A stretch of DNA of 15,316 bases from Planctomycetota bacterium (GCA_045047305.1 JASFYO010000012.1:1-15316); one strand, 5' to 3'. Shown: positions 1-9,105, counted from the first letter of the stretch. Notes: generated from the letters alone by a model not told the origin. A program made the numbers and translations.

Positions 1-1828
1 GCACGGGAGATGGAGTGGAAACTATGGCACAACGAAAAGCGCGGTGATCGGGCATAGAGGGATCGAACAAGCGCGCCCATTCGGCACGATACTGCTCTAA
101 GCTGCGGCCCCATTCGCGCAACACCTTTTGCTCCGCCTCCGTAGCAAGAGTGAGGAAGTCGTCTAAGGTTTGCTCCAAACCAGGCACGATTTCCCACTTA
201 CCATTTTCTAACGGTTGCCAAATCCCATCCGCCAAAGCACCGCGGGCGCGGGCACATTCCAAACGCGCAAAAAGCACTGGAGCATGCGCGAAACGCAACC
301 TTTGCTCCCACACTGGATTCCCCTTCACCGCGATTTTGGCATGCGCAAACAGTTTTTCAGCTTGTTCCAGCACCGCGGGACGCAGCCAAGTCTCCCGCGC
401 CTCCGCAGGGGCTCCAAAAATCCTCAACGGCTGACCGGAGGCTTGGAGTTCTTGCTGCATCAAATCTAAATAGGCGCGTAAATCGGGAGCTGCCAAACCA
501 TAAAAACCAAGCAGAAACTCGTCCATGGTGGCTTCAAAATCGAGATTAGGATTCCACGCCAATTTTGCAAGCAAGTAGCACCGCAACTCAGAAAATTCCG
601 TATGCACACCGTTCCCTTGCAAAAACAAACTATGCAGAGGATGACTCACAAACCACTGCACATTGGGTTGCAACACCCAAAAATTTGGAAACGGCGCTAA
701 CAAATTTGTAAACTGGACTTCGTAATCCCACAAAAAAATCTTGTCGCAAAGTTCGCTCCAGCGGGAAAAATCTGCCGCAAAAGTGCTGTTTGGATTGTCC
801 GCAATGGGTTGACTACGGTCTTCTTCAAGCGTACACAGCATGATGCTCACATTCGGCTCTGGACGCAGATGCAAAGGTGGTTTGCGGGTGTATTGATAAG
901 CCAAAGTGGAAATCGTGAGCTCTGGGAATTCGCGCGCCACCGCGTTCACAAAAGCTAGCATGGGCCCCATCGGACTACCTTCCGCCGCCATTTGCGCCTG
1001 CTCTTGCTCGCACTGACAATATTCTTGATTGTCGGCCTGACTTACCGAAATGGATTGAATACTGGGATGCTCCTCTAAGAGCGCATGAATCCGTTGCTTG
1101 GTGATTTGCAACACTTCTGGGTTTGCCAAACACAGTTGCGAAGGCCGACGCTCTCCATCGACCAAAGCGAAGTATGCGGGGTGTTGCTCGAAGTAGGTGG
1201 CGGGCGGCACCAAGGACAATACGGAGTGCACCCAATAAGGAGAGCGGGTTTGATTAATTTCCGCAGCAACCCAATCCAACTTATGCCAGCGTCGGTAGGC
1301 GGCATCGGCGGCCACTGCATAATGCACGCTACGCCAAGGCGTTGGCGGGACTTCAGAGAGCGAGAAATCGGAATCCAGGGAGATGTTTTTGTTTTTTGGA
1401 ATGTAGAGGGCATCCGGTGCCCACATGCGACAACCAAAATGTTCGAGCAAACTGGTTACGGCATAATCGGTTGCTTGAGGGCTCCCCCCAAACACAAGGA
1501 GGTCCTTTCGAGCAAACTGAATGGTGAAGCCGTCTTGCCCAAGCTCCGGATAAAAAAGATGAGCCTGTTCAGCCGCAAGGGTGTTACCTACGAGAATGCG
1601 TTTGCCAACATGGTGCGCTGCGGTTTCCGTTTTAATCGGCAGTTTGGCCCCACTGATTTGCTGCATAAAGTTTTGTAGCCTTTCCGCAGCCGCTTGTTCC
1701 AGCGCGGCAGGATGCTCTGCCGTTACGATAATCCACTGGCTTCGACCTTGGTGCACCAACTGCAAATCATGCGCCAAGGGTGCCTTGATCACAGAAAGGC
1801 AGAGAAGAAGAGCAAGCCCCAAACGCAT
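1..1828 (-). CDS. DUF4838 domain-containing secreted protein (glycoside-hydrolase-like), 3'-partial; runs off the window edge
   Basis: Absent from the ORF track because it has no stop in the window. Manual translation from ATG 1828 gives MRLGLALLLCLSVIKAPLAHDLQLV (signal peptide), then LGQDGFTIQ, GCRMWAP, HPAYFALVDGERRPSQLCLANPEV, SQADNQEYCQC, ISTLAYQYTRKPP, LWDY, FPNF and YLLAKLAWNP, motifs typical of DUF4838 proteins. I found no in-frame stop down to position 1. Confidence 0.85.
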   Translation of the reverse strand, partial: MRLGLALLLCLSVIKAPLAHDLQLVHQGRSQWIIVTAEHPAALEQAAAERLQNFMQQISGAKLPIKTETAAHHVGKRILVGNTLAAEQAHLFYPELGQDGFTIQFARKDLLVFGGSPQATDYAVTSLLEHFGCRMWAPDALYIPKNKNISLDSDFSLSEVPPTPWRSVHYAVAADAAYRRWHKLDWVAAEINQTRSPYWVHSVLSLVPPATYFEQHPAYFALVDGERRPSQLCLANPEVLQITKQRIHALLEEHPSIQSISVSQADNQEYCQCEQEQAQMAAEGSPMGPMLAFVNAVAREFPELTISTLAYQYTRKPPLHLRPEPNVSIMLCTLEEDRSQPIADNPNSTFAADFSRWSELCDKIFLWDYEVQFTNLLAPFPNFWVLQPNVQWFVSHPLHSLFLQGNGVHTEFSELRCYLLAKLAWNPNLDFEATMDEFLLGFYGLAAPDLRAYLDLMQQELQASGQPLRIFGAPAEARETWLRPAVLEQAEKLFAHAKIAVKGNPVWEQRLRFAHAPVLFARLECARARGALADGIWQPLENGKWEIVPGLEQTLDDFLTLATEAEQKVLREWGRSLEQYRAEWARLFDPSMPDHRAFRCAIVSTPSPV

Positions 1829-1834
1829 GGAAAA

Positions 1835-1862
1835 AGTGTAGCGAAGCCGTTTGTGCTATATT
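1835..1862. promoter_or_regulatory. Back-to-back -10 boxes of a putative bidirectional leaderless promoter
   Basis: On the minus strand, TACACT (1840-1835) is 6 nt from ATG 1828. On the plus strand, the extended -10 TG-C-TATATT (1854-1862) is 6 nt from ATG 1869. The intergenic gap is only 40 bp and has no SD. Confidence 0.55.
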
Positions 1863-1868
1863 CAGACC

Positions 1869-2234
1869 ATGCACAATCGACGCTACACACTGTTTTTGGT
1901 GGTGCCTTTGCTCGCTGCATGCGCCATGAGCAAGCCTACCGCCAATGCCACGGGGCAAGAAATCTACGCCATCGCAAACTGTGCCGATTGTCATGGCGAT
2001 GATTTTGAAGGCCGCTTCATGGGGCCCTCTTTGAAGGATGTAGCCTCCCATTGGAACCCAACGGACCTTGCTAGTTTTCTTGCAGCGCCCGACAACTTCA
2101 TCCAGTCCGATCCGCGCCTCGTTGCTTTAGACGACGAGTATTGGTTCGACATGCCCGACTACAAAGAACTCTCGCGGCGGCATCGCGATGCGTTAGCCCT
2201 CTGGCTGCTACAGCAAAACACGACGACTCCCTAA
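1869..2234 (+). CDS. Monoheme class I cytochrome c, predicted lipoprotein (121 aa)
   Basis: Has a CADCH heme motif, GPSL after the heme site and a candidate distal Met (FDMPDY). The N-terminus MHNRRYTLFLVVPLLAAC is a lipobox signal. ATG 1869 is preferred over TTG 1851. Confidence 0.85.
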   Translation: MHNRRYTLFLVVPLLAACAMSKPTANATGQEIYAIANCADCHGDDFEGRFMGPSLKDVASHWNPTDLASFLAAPDNFIQSDPRLVALDDEYWFDMPDYKELSRRHRDALALWLLQQNTTTP

Positions 2235-2314
2235 GGCACTAGAAACTCGTCCACGCCCTCGATGGGGTCGAGCATGATCCATCCCGCTTCACTCCTTTTG
2301 GCAAGAACCTCCGC

Positions 2315-2343
2315 TTGACTGGCCAAGGCGCCCAGAGTAGTCT
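2315..2343 (+). promoter_or_regulatory. Sigma70-type promoter for the 2368-6937 unit
   Basis: TTGACT (2315-2320), a 17-nt spacer, then TAGTCT (2338-2343), 24 nt upstream of ATG 2368. Confidence 0.6.
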
Positions 2344-2367
2344 TGATTCTTCCTGTTCAAGCCCTTT

Positions 2368-3585
2368 ATGAGCCCCTCCCCCCCACCACAGCCACCCAAC
2401 CTGACCACTCCCCATGCATGGCTTAACCTAAAGCAATGTTTTGGGTCCTGGAAATCTCATGGGATGGCAGATGGCCCTCTAGGTCTGGTGCAGCTTTTCG
2501 CGGCAGGACAGCCATGGTTGGAAGGAGCGCTTACATCTTTAGGTCGACGCCACTCACTTCTAACCGACCTCAGCGCAGCTCTCCCGGCATTTCAGCAAGC
2601 GCTCTCCGAACTTCCAAAGTTACCAGAGTCATCGAATGGTTTTTCGATTTGGGTAGAGTCGCTTATCTTGCGACATTTCAAGACCGAAGCTGAAGAAGCC
2701 GCCGTTCCGCTTCAGGTGCCAAACGCTCCCTGGGGTGGATTCCGCCGACGCTTTAATCTTTTGCCCCGGTCAGCACGAATTCGTGTGCTTCAATCTCTCC
2801 CGCTTTCAAACCTAGCGCCTCGGGCGTTTACAGAATCCTTGGCTCCAGATGCCGAATGGGTTGTGCTTTGGGAGTCGGTTTCCTCTGGAGTGCCGGCCAA
2901 TTCCATGCCAGTGGAATGGCACCGCTTTTTGCCTGCCGAAGATCACGATGGTCTCGCTTGCCCGAACATCGTTTTGTCGCGAGACTCTAAGCAAACCTCA
3001 CAGGAACCACTTGGGCGCTGGCTATTCCGTGCTGCCGCGATTCAGGAACAGCAACGAACCGATGCTGGCAACTTCGAATTGATTTTGCCCTCGTGGGTTC
3101 TCCCGAAACGCCCGGATTTGCTTCTAAAAGAACTCGACGTGATTGTTCAACGTCTTGGCGGCATGCCTGGAGACGAGCAACTGCAAAAGGTTCTTGGTGC
3201 GCTGCGTCATCTCTACAATCCCTTTGAAGGCTCCGAAATCGTGGCGCCGACCCCACGAGAGATTTTGTCTCTTGCCCGTGAGTGGCATGGGAAAGATGCG
3301 TATGTGGAAGGTCTAGCCGGCGTTTCCAGCCTTCGAAGCGGAAATCCTGAAGAAGCCCGCATGGCGTACATGCGCCTGTTCAATAAGGCGACCGAGCGTA
3401 AAGATGTTGCCCTCGCACTCGCCAACCTGGCGGGGCTGGACTTGATTACGGTGGAAGGATTGCGCAATGCAAAACCGATGCTGCTGGAAGCGTTGAAGCT
3501 TAATCCTTGGAGTGGTGTGGCGAAGGGCTTGCTCAAAATCCTGCAAAGAAATAGTGCAGCTCCAAAGAGCGGAGAACTTGAATGA
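2368..3585 (+). CDS. Hypothetical protein with C-terminal TPR repeats and a possible degenerate ECF sigma region-2-like N-terminus
   Basis: 405-aa ORF with an upstream promoter. The C-terminus has TPR-like helix pairs (GLAGVSSLRSGNPEEARMAYMRL; ALANLAGL...AKPMLLEALKLNPW). The N-terminal AFQQALSELPKLPESSNGFSIWVESL and FNLLPRSARIRVL resemble ECF sigma2 and the start of sigma4 (weak, by eye). Confidence 0.7.
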   Translation: MSPSPPPQPPNLTTPHAWLNLKQCFGSWKSHGMADGPLGLVQLFAAGQPWLEGALTSLGRRHSLLTDLSAALPAFQQALSELPKLPESSNGFSIWVESLILRHFKTEAEEAAVPLQVPNAPWGGFRRRFNLLPRSARIRVLQSLPLSNLAPRAFTESLAPDAEWVVLWESVSSGVPANSMPVEWHRFLPAEDHDGLACPNIVLSRDSKQTSQEPLGRWLFRAAAIQEQQRTDAGNFELILPSWVLPKRPDLLLKELDVIVQRLGGMPGDEQLQKVLGALRHLYNPFEGSEIVAPTPREILSLAREWHGKDAYVEGLAGVSSLRSGNPEEARMAYMRLFNKATERKDVALALANLAGLDLITVEGLRNAKPMLLEALKLNPWSGVAKGLLKILQRNSAAPKSGELE

Positions 3586-3854
3586 AGCTTAGTCTAATCA
3601 AGATTTTCCTTTTCCTGGCGACAACCATCCTTGCTATTACTTTATTGACGAATAAAGCGATGGCTTCGAATACTCAACGGTCAATCCCAGGGGGGAACGT
3701 AGTTGTCGACCATGGCGACCCACCCATTGGAGGCGGTGGAGTCGACGGAGTTCTAAGACTCAGCGGCGGTGACGGCGACCAGCCGAAGCATGATATTCGC
3801 GGACGCAGAGGAGCAAAGACCAGCGTTTCCTCCTCGCAACGTCCGACTCCTTGA
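3582..3854 (+). CDS. Small secreted Gly-rich peptide (90 aa)
   Basis: ATGA overlap with the upstream stop and a GGAG SD at 3571-3574. Classic signal peptide ending AMA|S, followed by a low-complexity mature region. Confidence 0.7.
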   Translation: MKLSLIKIFLFLATTILAITLLTNKAMASNTQRSIPGGNVVVDHGDPPIGGGGVDGVLRLSGGDGDQPKHDIRGRRGAKTSVSSSQRPTP

Positions 3855-3868
3855 TTCCAGGATCTGGC

Positions 3869-6800
3869 ATGCATGGAAAAGCGATCCCGGCGCTGTTGGT
3901 GCTGCTTGTCGTTGGAGTTGCTTGGTTTGCCTTGAAGCAGAGCAGCGAGCCTACCGTTGTTGGCTTAGACGGAGATGGCACTCTGCAGCACTTGGCAGCC
4001 GATGCAGAGAAGCAGGAACAGACTGCGCTTGATCGGGAGATAGGCCAAGCTGAAAGCTCTGATTCCCCATCTTCGGAGGAACAAAACGCAGCCCCGGCGG
4101 TCATCCAACGCGGAGATTTTAGCAATCAGTTACGCGTCACCGACGCGCAAGGAAATCCTGTGGCTGGGCGCGTGGAATTCATCAAGGTTGACGAAAGTTT
4201 TCTCACTTACTTCTCCTCCCTCGCCCGACTTGGGTCAGCCATCTATTTCGACTCCATGGTGCAAGAGGGCATGGTGAACCTGGCCGATGGGATTTTTAAT
4301 CTTACCGCCGCAGGCAATCAAGCCGATTTCTTAGTGGTGGTTGCGCCTGGCTTCACTCCCCATCTAGAGAAATGGGAACCGCTGCCTCCAGGCAAAAACT
4401 TTGAACTTGCCTTAATCAAAGCAAAATCGATTTCCGTCACCGTATTGACTCAAGACGGGCAACCTATCCAAGATGCAGAAGTGTGGTATCGCTGGACCGG
4501 CATCTTCAATCAAAACGAAAACTCCCCTCTCCTTGACCGTTTCCGCACTCGCTTTTTCCAGGAAAGCGTGAACACCGATGCCAATGGCCTTGCTGTCTTA
4601 ACCTCCACTTTCCCCGAATGGTCCACTGAAATCTTTGTCCGTCCAGGAGATCTCTGGGCCACGGTGGTGCAAACGGTAGAAGCTGGGACATCGGTGGAGA
4701 TTCGCTGCCCTAACGCATTTATGCTGAAAGGAATCGTTTCCGTTGCTGGCAAAGCGCCGCAAACAGAAGTGCAGATGAAAGTTTCCATCCGTCAGGGAGA
4801 TCAATATTGGTTACTCGAATCGGGCCGCGCGAAAGAAGAAGGCAAGTATCAAATCACGGGGATTCCATCGGGCTACCCGGCTTATCAAATCGAGGCGCAA
4901 GGAAACGGTTTTGCCAATCAAACTAAAACCATTTTTGCACCAAAACCTGGCGAGGTTATCGAACTCGACTTTGCCATGGAGCAGGGCGTTGGTGGATTCA
5001 TCCAACTGACAGATCCGTGGGGAATGCCGCTTCCAAATGCGCGCTTGAAGTTGGTCGCCGAGGGGAAGCGGAGTTCCATGTATGGATATGACTCGGACGA
5101 TGCTGGCCAAGTAAGCTTGCCTCCAGATTTTCGTAAAAACGAAACTTGGCTGCTGAACTTGCGCCTGGGAAAAGAACTTTACTTACGGCTAAATCAACCC
5201 TTTGTGGTCGGCGAAACCACTGCAATCACGGTCCCCAATTTGGCGAAGATTAGCGCCATCGAAATCCCACAAGAGATTCTTGCCGATGCCACCCTAGAGG
5301 CCGTTCGTTGGAGCGGAAAATCTAGTCAGTCCTGGGGTGCTTCCTGGTGGAGTCCAGAGTTGGCCCAAACCACCTTGCTTGCATCGGGCAGCGCAGATTT
5401 AGAGATTCAACTATCCGATGGGCGGAAAATCCATCAACCGATCGTGCTTGCTCCCGGCTCGGAGGGTCCAGTCATCGTGGACCGCGCACCATGTACCCTG
5501 CGCTTTGCGCTTCCCGCAAACATTCCAGCAAGCGTGACCCTCTCTAATCAAGATGGGATCGTGGTGTTTGCGAAGGATGAAATCAGTGGTCCGATTTCGA
5601 TTCCACTTTCGCAAGGCAACTATGCGCTGGTTGTTCTTTGGCCAGAAACTTCCCGTGAGATTCCACTCATTTCGTTAGACCAGCAAGAGGTGGACCTCGG
5701 CCCGATTGAGCCACTGCCCTCTGGCTACATCGAAGGCATCGTCCAGGATTCCCATGGAGTCCCCGTGCAATGGGCAAATGTAAGACTCACTTCGACCAAC
5801 GGATACAACTCGCAATCTTGGACCACCGATGTGGACGGTGCCTTTTTCTTTTACGATATTCCACTTGGCAAGTATTACCTGCTTTGCGATACCGCGCAAA
5901 CTCATGGAATACAAGGATCCACGTTGATTGAGAATATTGACGTCACGGCAAAGCAACTAGAGCAGCAAATCACGCTTGATCTTGTCACCAGCGAAAATAA
6001 GCGCGTCAAACTAAGCTGCGCGAGTCACTGGGCCTTTAACTCCTTTGCAATCCTTGCATCGCTTCCAGCTTCTACTCACGCAGCGATTGGCAGCCATGGC
6101 CAAGCATCTATTTCAGCTCAATCAGAGTCTGCGTGGTTAGGTGTAGCGCAAATTCTTGATGGAGAAATCATGGCTCAGGCCATGCCGATTGCCGCAGGCC
6201 CTGGAGAATTCACCTTGCCATCCACCACGATGCGCACCTCCAACATTCATTTTATAGATGAGCTTGGACAACCATGGCAACACTTGCTGATCCGGCTCGA
6301 GCTCAATGGGCATCCACTCACCCGTCGGCCAACCCTTGATGCCTCGGGAACCCTAAAGGTGCAAAGCGATTCCACCGCTCCGTGGAGTTTGCAAATTGCA
6401 TCACCCTCTGGCCAGATCTTTCGTTTCGACCTTGTTGCCCTGCAAAACGACCAAACGCTCACCATTCCAGGCAAGATTCGTGGCCGTGAGATTACGGTGC
6501 GCAATGAAAACGGCGATGCCCTCCCATGGCCTACGGTGCAAGTCTTGGATGATTCTTCTACCTTTCCATCGGACAAGAATGGAAGAGTCACCCTCCCGCA
6601 AAACCTAACCCAAGCTCTGGTGGTTTCCGCCAATGGTTATCTACCTTGCCTGGTGCGCGATTCCAGTGGTAAAACCATCACCCTGCCGCAACGTCTTGAT
6701 GGAATCCAAATGCATCTTCCCGACGATGCAACCAAGATTCTTTGGACCAGTCACTCTGGCTTTGAATCGCTTTGGAAGAATCAAGCGGCAGTCGGCCCCG

Positions 6801-6937
6801 GACACAATCCCATAGAACTTCCACCCATGGCTGCTGGGCGATTCACCTTCTATGCCTACAATGCGCAAGCAGTGATCCTTGCGGAGCAGGAGTTTGTTTT
6901 GCGTGAAAACGGGCAAGTTCTGGCGTGGGAAGAGTAA
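3869..6937 (+). CDS. Membrane-anchored protein with multiple carboxypeptidase-regulatory-like beta-sandwich repeats (~1022 aa)
   Basis: N-terminal hydrophobic helix (AIPALLVLLVVGVAWFAL). Recurring repeat starts: VTDAQGNPVAG, VLTQDGQPIQDAEV, LTDPWGMPLPNARL, VQDSHGVPVQWANV, FIDELGQP, VRNENGDALP. Also TDANG and TTDVDGAFFFYDIPLGKY. An AGGA SD lies 6 nt before ATG 3869; TTG 3851 is the alternative start. Confidence 0.8.
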   Translation: MHGKAIPALLVLLVVGVAWFALKQSSEPTVVGLDGDGTLQHLAADAEKQEQTALDREIGQAESSDSPSSEEQNAAPAVIQRGDFSNQLRVTDAQGNPVAGRVEFIKVDESFLTYFSSLARLGSAIYFDSMVQEGMVNLADGIFNLTAAGNQADFLVVVAPGFTPHLEKWEPLPPGKNFELALIKAKSISVTVLTQDGQPIQDAEVWYRWTGIFNQNENSPLLDRFRTRFFQESVNTDANGLAVLTSTFPEWSTEIFVRPGDLWATVVQTVEAGTSVEIRCPNAFMLKGIVSVAGKAPQTEVQMKVSIRQGDQYWLLESGRAKEEGKYQITGIPSGYPAYQIEAQGNGFANQTKTIFAPKPGEVIELDFAMEQGVGGFIQLTDPWGMPLPNARLKLVAEGKRSSMYGYDSDDAGQVSLPPDFRKNETWLLNLRLGKELYLRLNQPFVVGETTAITVPNLAKISAIEIPQEILADATLEAVRWSGKSSQSWGASWWSPELAQTTLLASGSADLEIQLSDGRKIHQPIVLAPGSEGPVIVDRAPCTLRFALPANIPASVTLSNQDGIVVFAKDEISGPISIPLSQGNYALVVLWPETSREIPLISLDQQEVDLGPIEPLPSGYIEGIVQDSHGVPVQWANVRLTSTNGYNSQSWTTDVDGAFFFYDIPLGKYYLLCDTAQTHGIQGSTLIENIDVTAKQLEQQITLDLVTSENKRVKLSCASHWAFNSFAILASLPASTHAAIGSHGQASISAQSESAWLGVAQILDGEIMAQAMPIAAGPGEFTLPSTTMRTSNIHFIDELGQPWQHLLIRLELNGHPLTRRPTLDASGTLKVQSDSTAPWSLQIASPSGQIFRFDLVALQNDQTLTIPGKIRGREITVRNENGDALPWPTVQVLDDSSTFPSDKNGRVTLPQNLTQALVVSANGYLPCLVRDSSGKTITLPQRLDGIQMHLPDDATKILWTSHSGFESLWKNQAAVGPGHNPIELPPMAAGRFTFYAYNAQAVILAEQEFVLRENGQVLAWEE

Positions 6938-7028
6938 GGCTTAACCTTAAATCTTTCACCTTCGTAATTGGGTTCTCTTAGAAGATGGAAACAGATTCTG
7001 ATACCTATCCATCCGCCTAGTCTGAAAA

Positions 7029-8552
7029 TTAAAAACGAATTCCACTGCGCGCCATGCAGCCGTGGCAAAAGTCACCGAAGCCGTGCTCTGGTGCGAAAGT
7101 CTCGCCGCATTGGGTGCATTGAAAAAAGGAGGCCGCGCGAAGTTTTTCAGCGGCAGTCAAACTTTCTCGGAGCCATTCCGGAGTAGCGTCCTGAGCTCTG
7201 CGGGTGGAATATGGAATAAAATCCAAGCGCAAATCATGTGGTCCGTCCCAACTATAGGCGACCTGCGCAACCAGGACATAATCCTCGGTGACATGGGCCA
7301 AAGCCTTCAGAGGGGCGCCATCCTCAAGGGCCGACAGTTTGTGTGGCTCGCAAATATCCATCAACGCAACATGCTTTGCAAGAGCCTCTCCCTCTTTGAG
7401 GACATACTTCTTGATTCCAAAAAGTTCATTCCATGGCTCAGGCCAGCGCCCGGGAATCATGGACGCTGTGGAGGAGTAACACCTTGGCTCAGGAATTTCT
7501 AAGGGCATTTCCTCGACCGCAAATAAGGTTTCGACCAGATCACGGCGCAAACTTTGCACGGCTGCAATCATTGGCCCGGCAGTGGCACCATAAGTGTCGG
7601 AATCACGACCAATCATGGCCACCCAACTCAACACTTCCGCGCCAGTCTTAAGGAATGGATCGGTTGGGAAGGCCTCTGGCAACCACTGCGTTGGGTAGGG
7701 AGTCTCTCGGTACGCCCACTGCATGGCCCAAACACCGATCTGTAGCGTGGTCAAACAAAAGCCCATATGCTCAATCGGGGCAAAAGGACGGAAGGAATCC
7801 GGATGGAAGTCAGCGGCCTCAAAAACGCTCCAAGCTTCTGAATGCTCCTCCCAAGTTTCATCGCGCCACTCCTTCACCACGGCGTCATCATCTGTGCAAA
7901 GCCAAAAATCCCATTCCCTGCGGAATTGAGTTACCCACGAAGATGGCAAAACTTGTTGGCCCTCCTCTCCCTCAAACAACTCCTCGCCGTTCCGGATTAA
8001 CCAGCTCTGCGCTGCGCAACAAATCGCCGGCAAGGGAGCCCAATGAGTGATCAATCCATGATGCAAGGTGTGGCGAAAGACCTCGTAATCATTCTTGCCC
8101 ATGCCTGCGACCACGCCATTTCGCATAAGAGAACCATTACTCCAAGCATGACCACGATTAAGCCAAAAATTGCGACCACCCCGATACCACGCTGTGCCAG
8201 CACGTACAGCACTGAGAGTCGAACGCGTGGCATGCCCAATATCACGCGGTTTAGAATTCAACCAAGCCACGAAATTAGCGGCAATCCGTGCGCCACAAAA
8301 ATAGGTCGATGCCTTGTTCTCGGCTTCCCCTGTTTCACACCAAGCCTTGACTATGGCAAGAGCCATTTCGGCATCATCGGTAGGGCGTCTCGCGCGAAAT
8401 CCGAAAGGTCCGCCGCCAATCGCTGCAAACGGCCATCCACTGCAATGATTCAGCTGATAAGTAATGCGCACCTCTTCCAGCGATTGGAACTCAGAAGTCA
8501 CGCCGAGCGCGTCGCCAGCGGCAACACCTTCCATGAGAGAGCAAATATCCAT
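7029..8552 (-). CDS. ADP-ribosylglycohydrolase (DraG/ARH family) with a C-terminal Cys4 Zn-binding extension (507 aa)
   Basis: Motifs GDALG, PTDDAEMA, DIGHAT, SNGSLMR, ITH and GRDSDTYGATAG are all intact. The start is reassigned to ATG 8552, which has an AGGAG SD and lies 2 nt after the phosphatase stop. The C-terminus has CTQC-x13-CHGC. Confidence 0.9.
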   Translation of the reverse strand: MDICSLMEGVAAGDALGVTSEFQSLEEVRITYQLNHCSGWPFAAIGGGPFGFRARRPTDDAEMALAIVKAWCETGEAENKASTYFCGARIAANFVAWLNSKPRDIGHATRSTLSAVRAGTAWYRGGRNFWLNRGHAWSNGSLMRNGVVAGMGKNDYEVFRHTLHHGLITHWAPLPAICCAAQSWLIRNGEELFEGEEGQQVLPSSWVTQFRREWDFWLCTDDDAVVKEWRDETWEEHSEAWSVFEAADFHPDSFRPFAPIEHMGFCLTTLQIGVWAMQWAYRETPYPTQWLPEAFPTDPFLKTGAEVLSWVAMIGRDSDTYGATAGPMIAAVQSLRRDLVETLFAVEEMPLEIPEPRCYSSTASMIPGRWPEPWNELFGIKKYVLKEGEALAKHVALMDICEPHKLSALEDGAPLKALAHVTEDYVLVAQVAYSWDGPHDLRLDFIPYSTRRAQDATPEWLRESLTAAEKLRAASFFQCTQCGETFAPEHGFGDFCHGCMARSGIRF

Positions 8553-8554
8553 GA

Positions 8555-9079
8555 TTACTCCTGCGCGCGATTTAGAGGAGGCGATTCTTCCCGCCAAGAT
8601 CGAATGTAATCCACTTGCTGCATCGTTTCTGGAGACTTCCGGCGAACCGACTTCGGGCACTGTTTCCACAAATCCGCAAGACGCTCCACAGCTTCTTCTC
8701 CATGAAAACCATGGCGCGTCAACCAGCAGCCCACAACCACACCAGTGCGTCCGACACCACCCCAGCAATGCACATATACCATACGTCCAGAAGCGAGGTG
8801 CTCCTCTATGCAATCCAAAATAGCTAGCATGGTTGGTGGCGAATCTGGAATGGATACATCGCGTATTCCAAAGCGCTGATATGTGGCGGGAGCAACCCAT
8901 TCTGCGTACGGCATTAAGCCATCACGCGGTTCGGTTAAATCTATGAATGCACCCACGCCCGCTTTGATTAGCGTTTTCACTTTTTCTTGCGCAGCAATTG
9001 GATCTACTGCGCCTGGATATTCTCCAGCCAGAAGTTTTCCGGGGATAACCCAGTAACAATGCTCTATCGGACGTTGCAT
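8555..9079 (-). CDS. Dual-specificity/tyrosine-type (HCX5R) protein phosphatase
   Basis: P-loop VYVHCWGGVGRTG, N-terminal YWVIPGKLLAGEYPG, acid loop IRDVSIP and C-terminal SPETMQQ. Confidence 0.92.
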   Translation of the reverse strand: MQRPIEHCYWVIPGKLLAGEYPGAVDPIAAQEKVKTLIKAGVGAFIDLTEPRDGLMPYAEWVAPATYQRFGIRDVSIPDSPPTMLAILDCIEEHLASGRMVYVHCWGGVGRTGVVVGCWLTRHGFHGEEAVERLADLWKQCPKSVRRKSPETMQQVDYIRSWREESPPLNRAQE

Positions 9080-9105
9080 GCTTTAAATCTTCTCCATATT
9101 TCGCA

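Noticed and set aside
150..1841. Plus-strand ORFs (150-434, 215-469, 1085-1678, 1581-1841 etc.)
   Set aside because: They are antisense shadows of the long minus-strand DUF4838 gene and have no recognisable motifs.
6938..7028. Terminator between convergent genes (GATGGA...TCCATC)
   Set aside because: The stem is short and interrupted, with no adjacent U-tract.
8553..8900. 116-aa N-terminal extension of the ARH ORF in the track (623 aa)
   Set aside because: It overlaps the phosphatase gene out of frame. ARH homology starts at MDICSLMEGVAAGDALG, which has its own SD.
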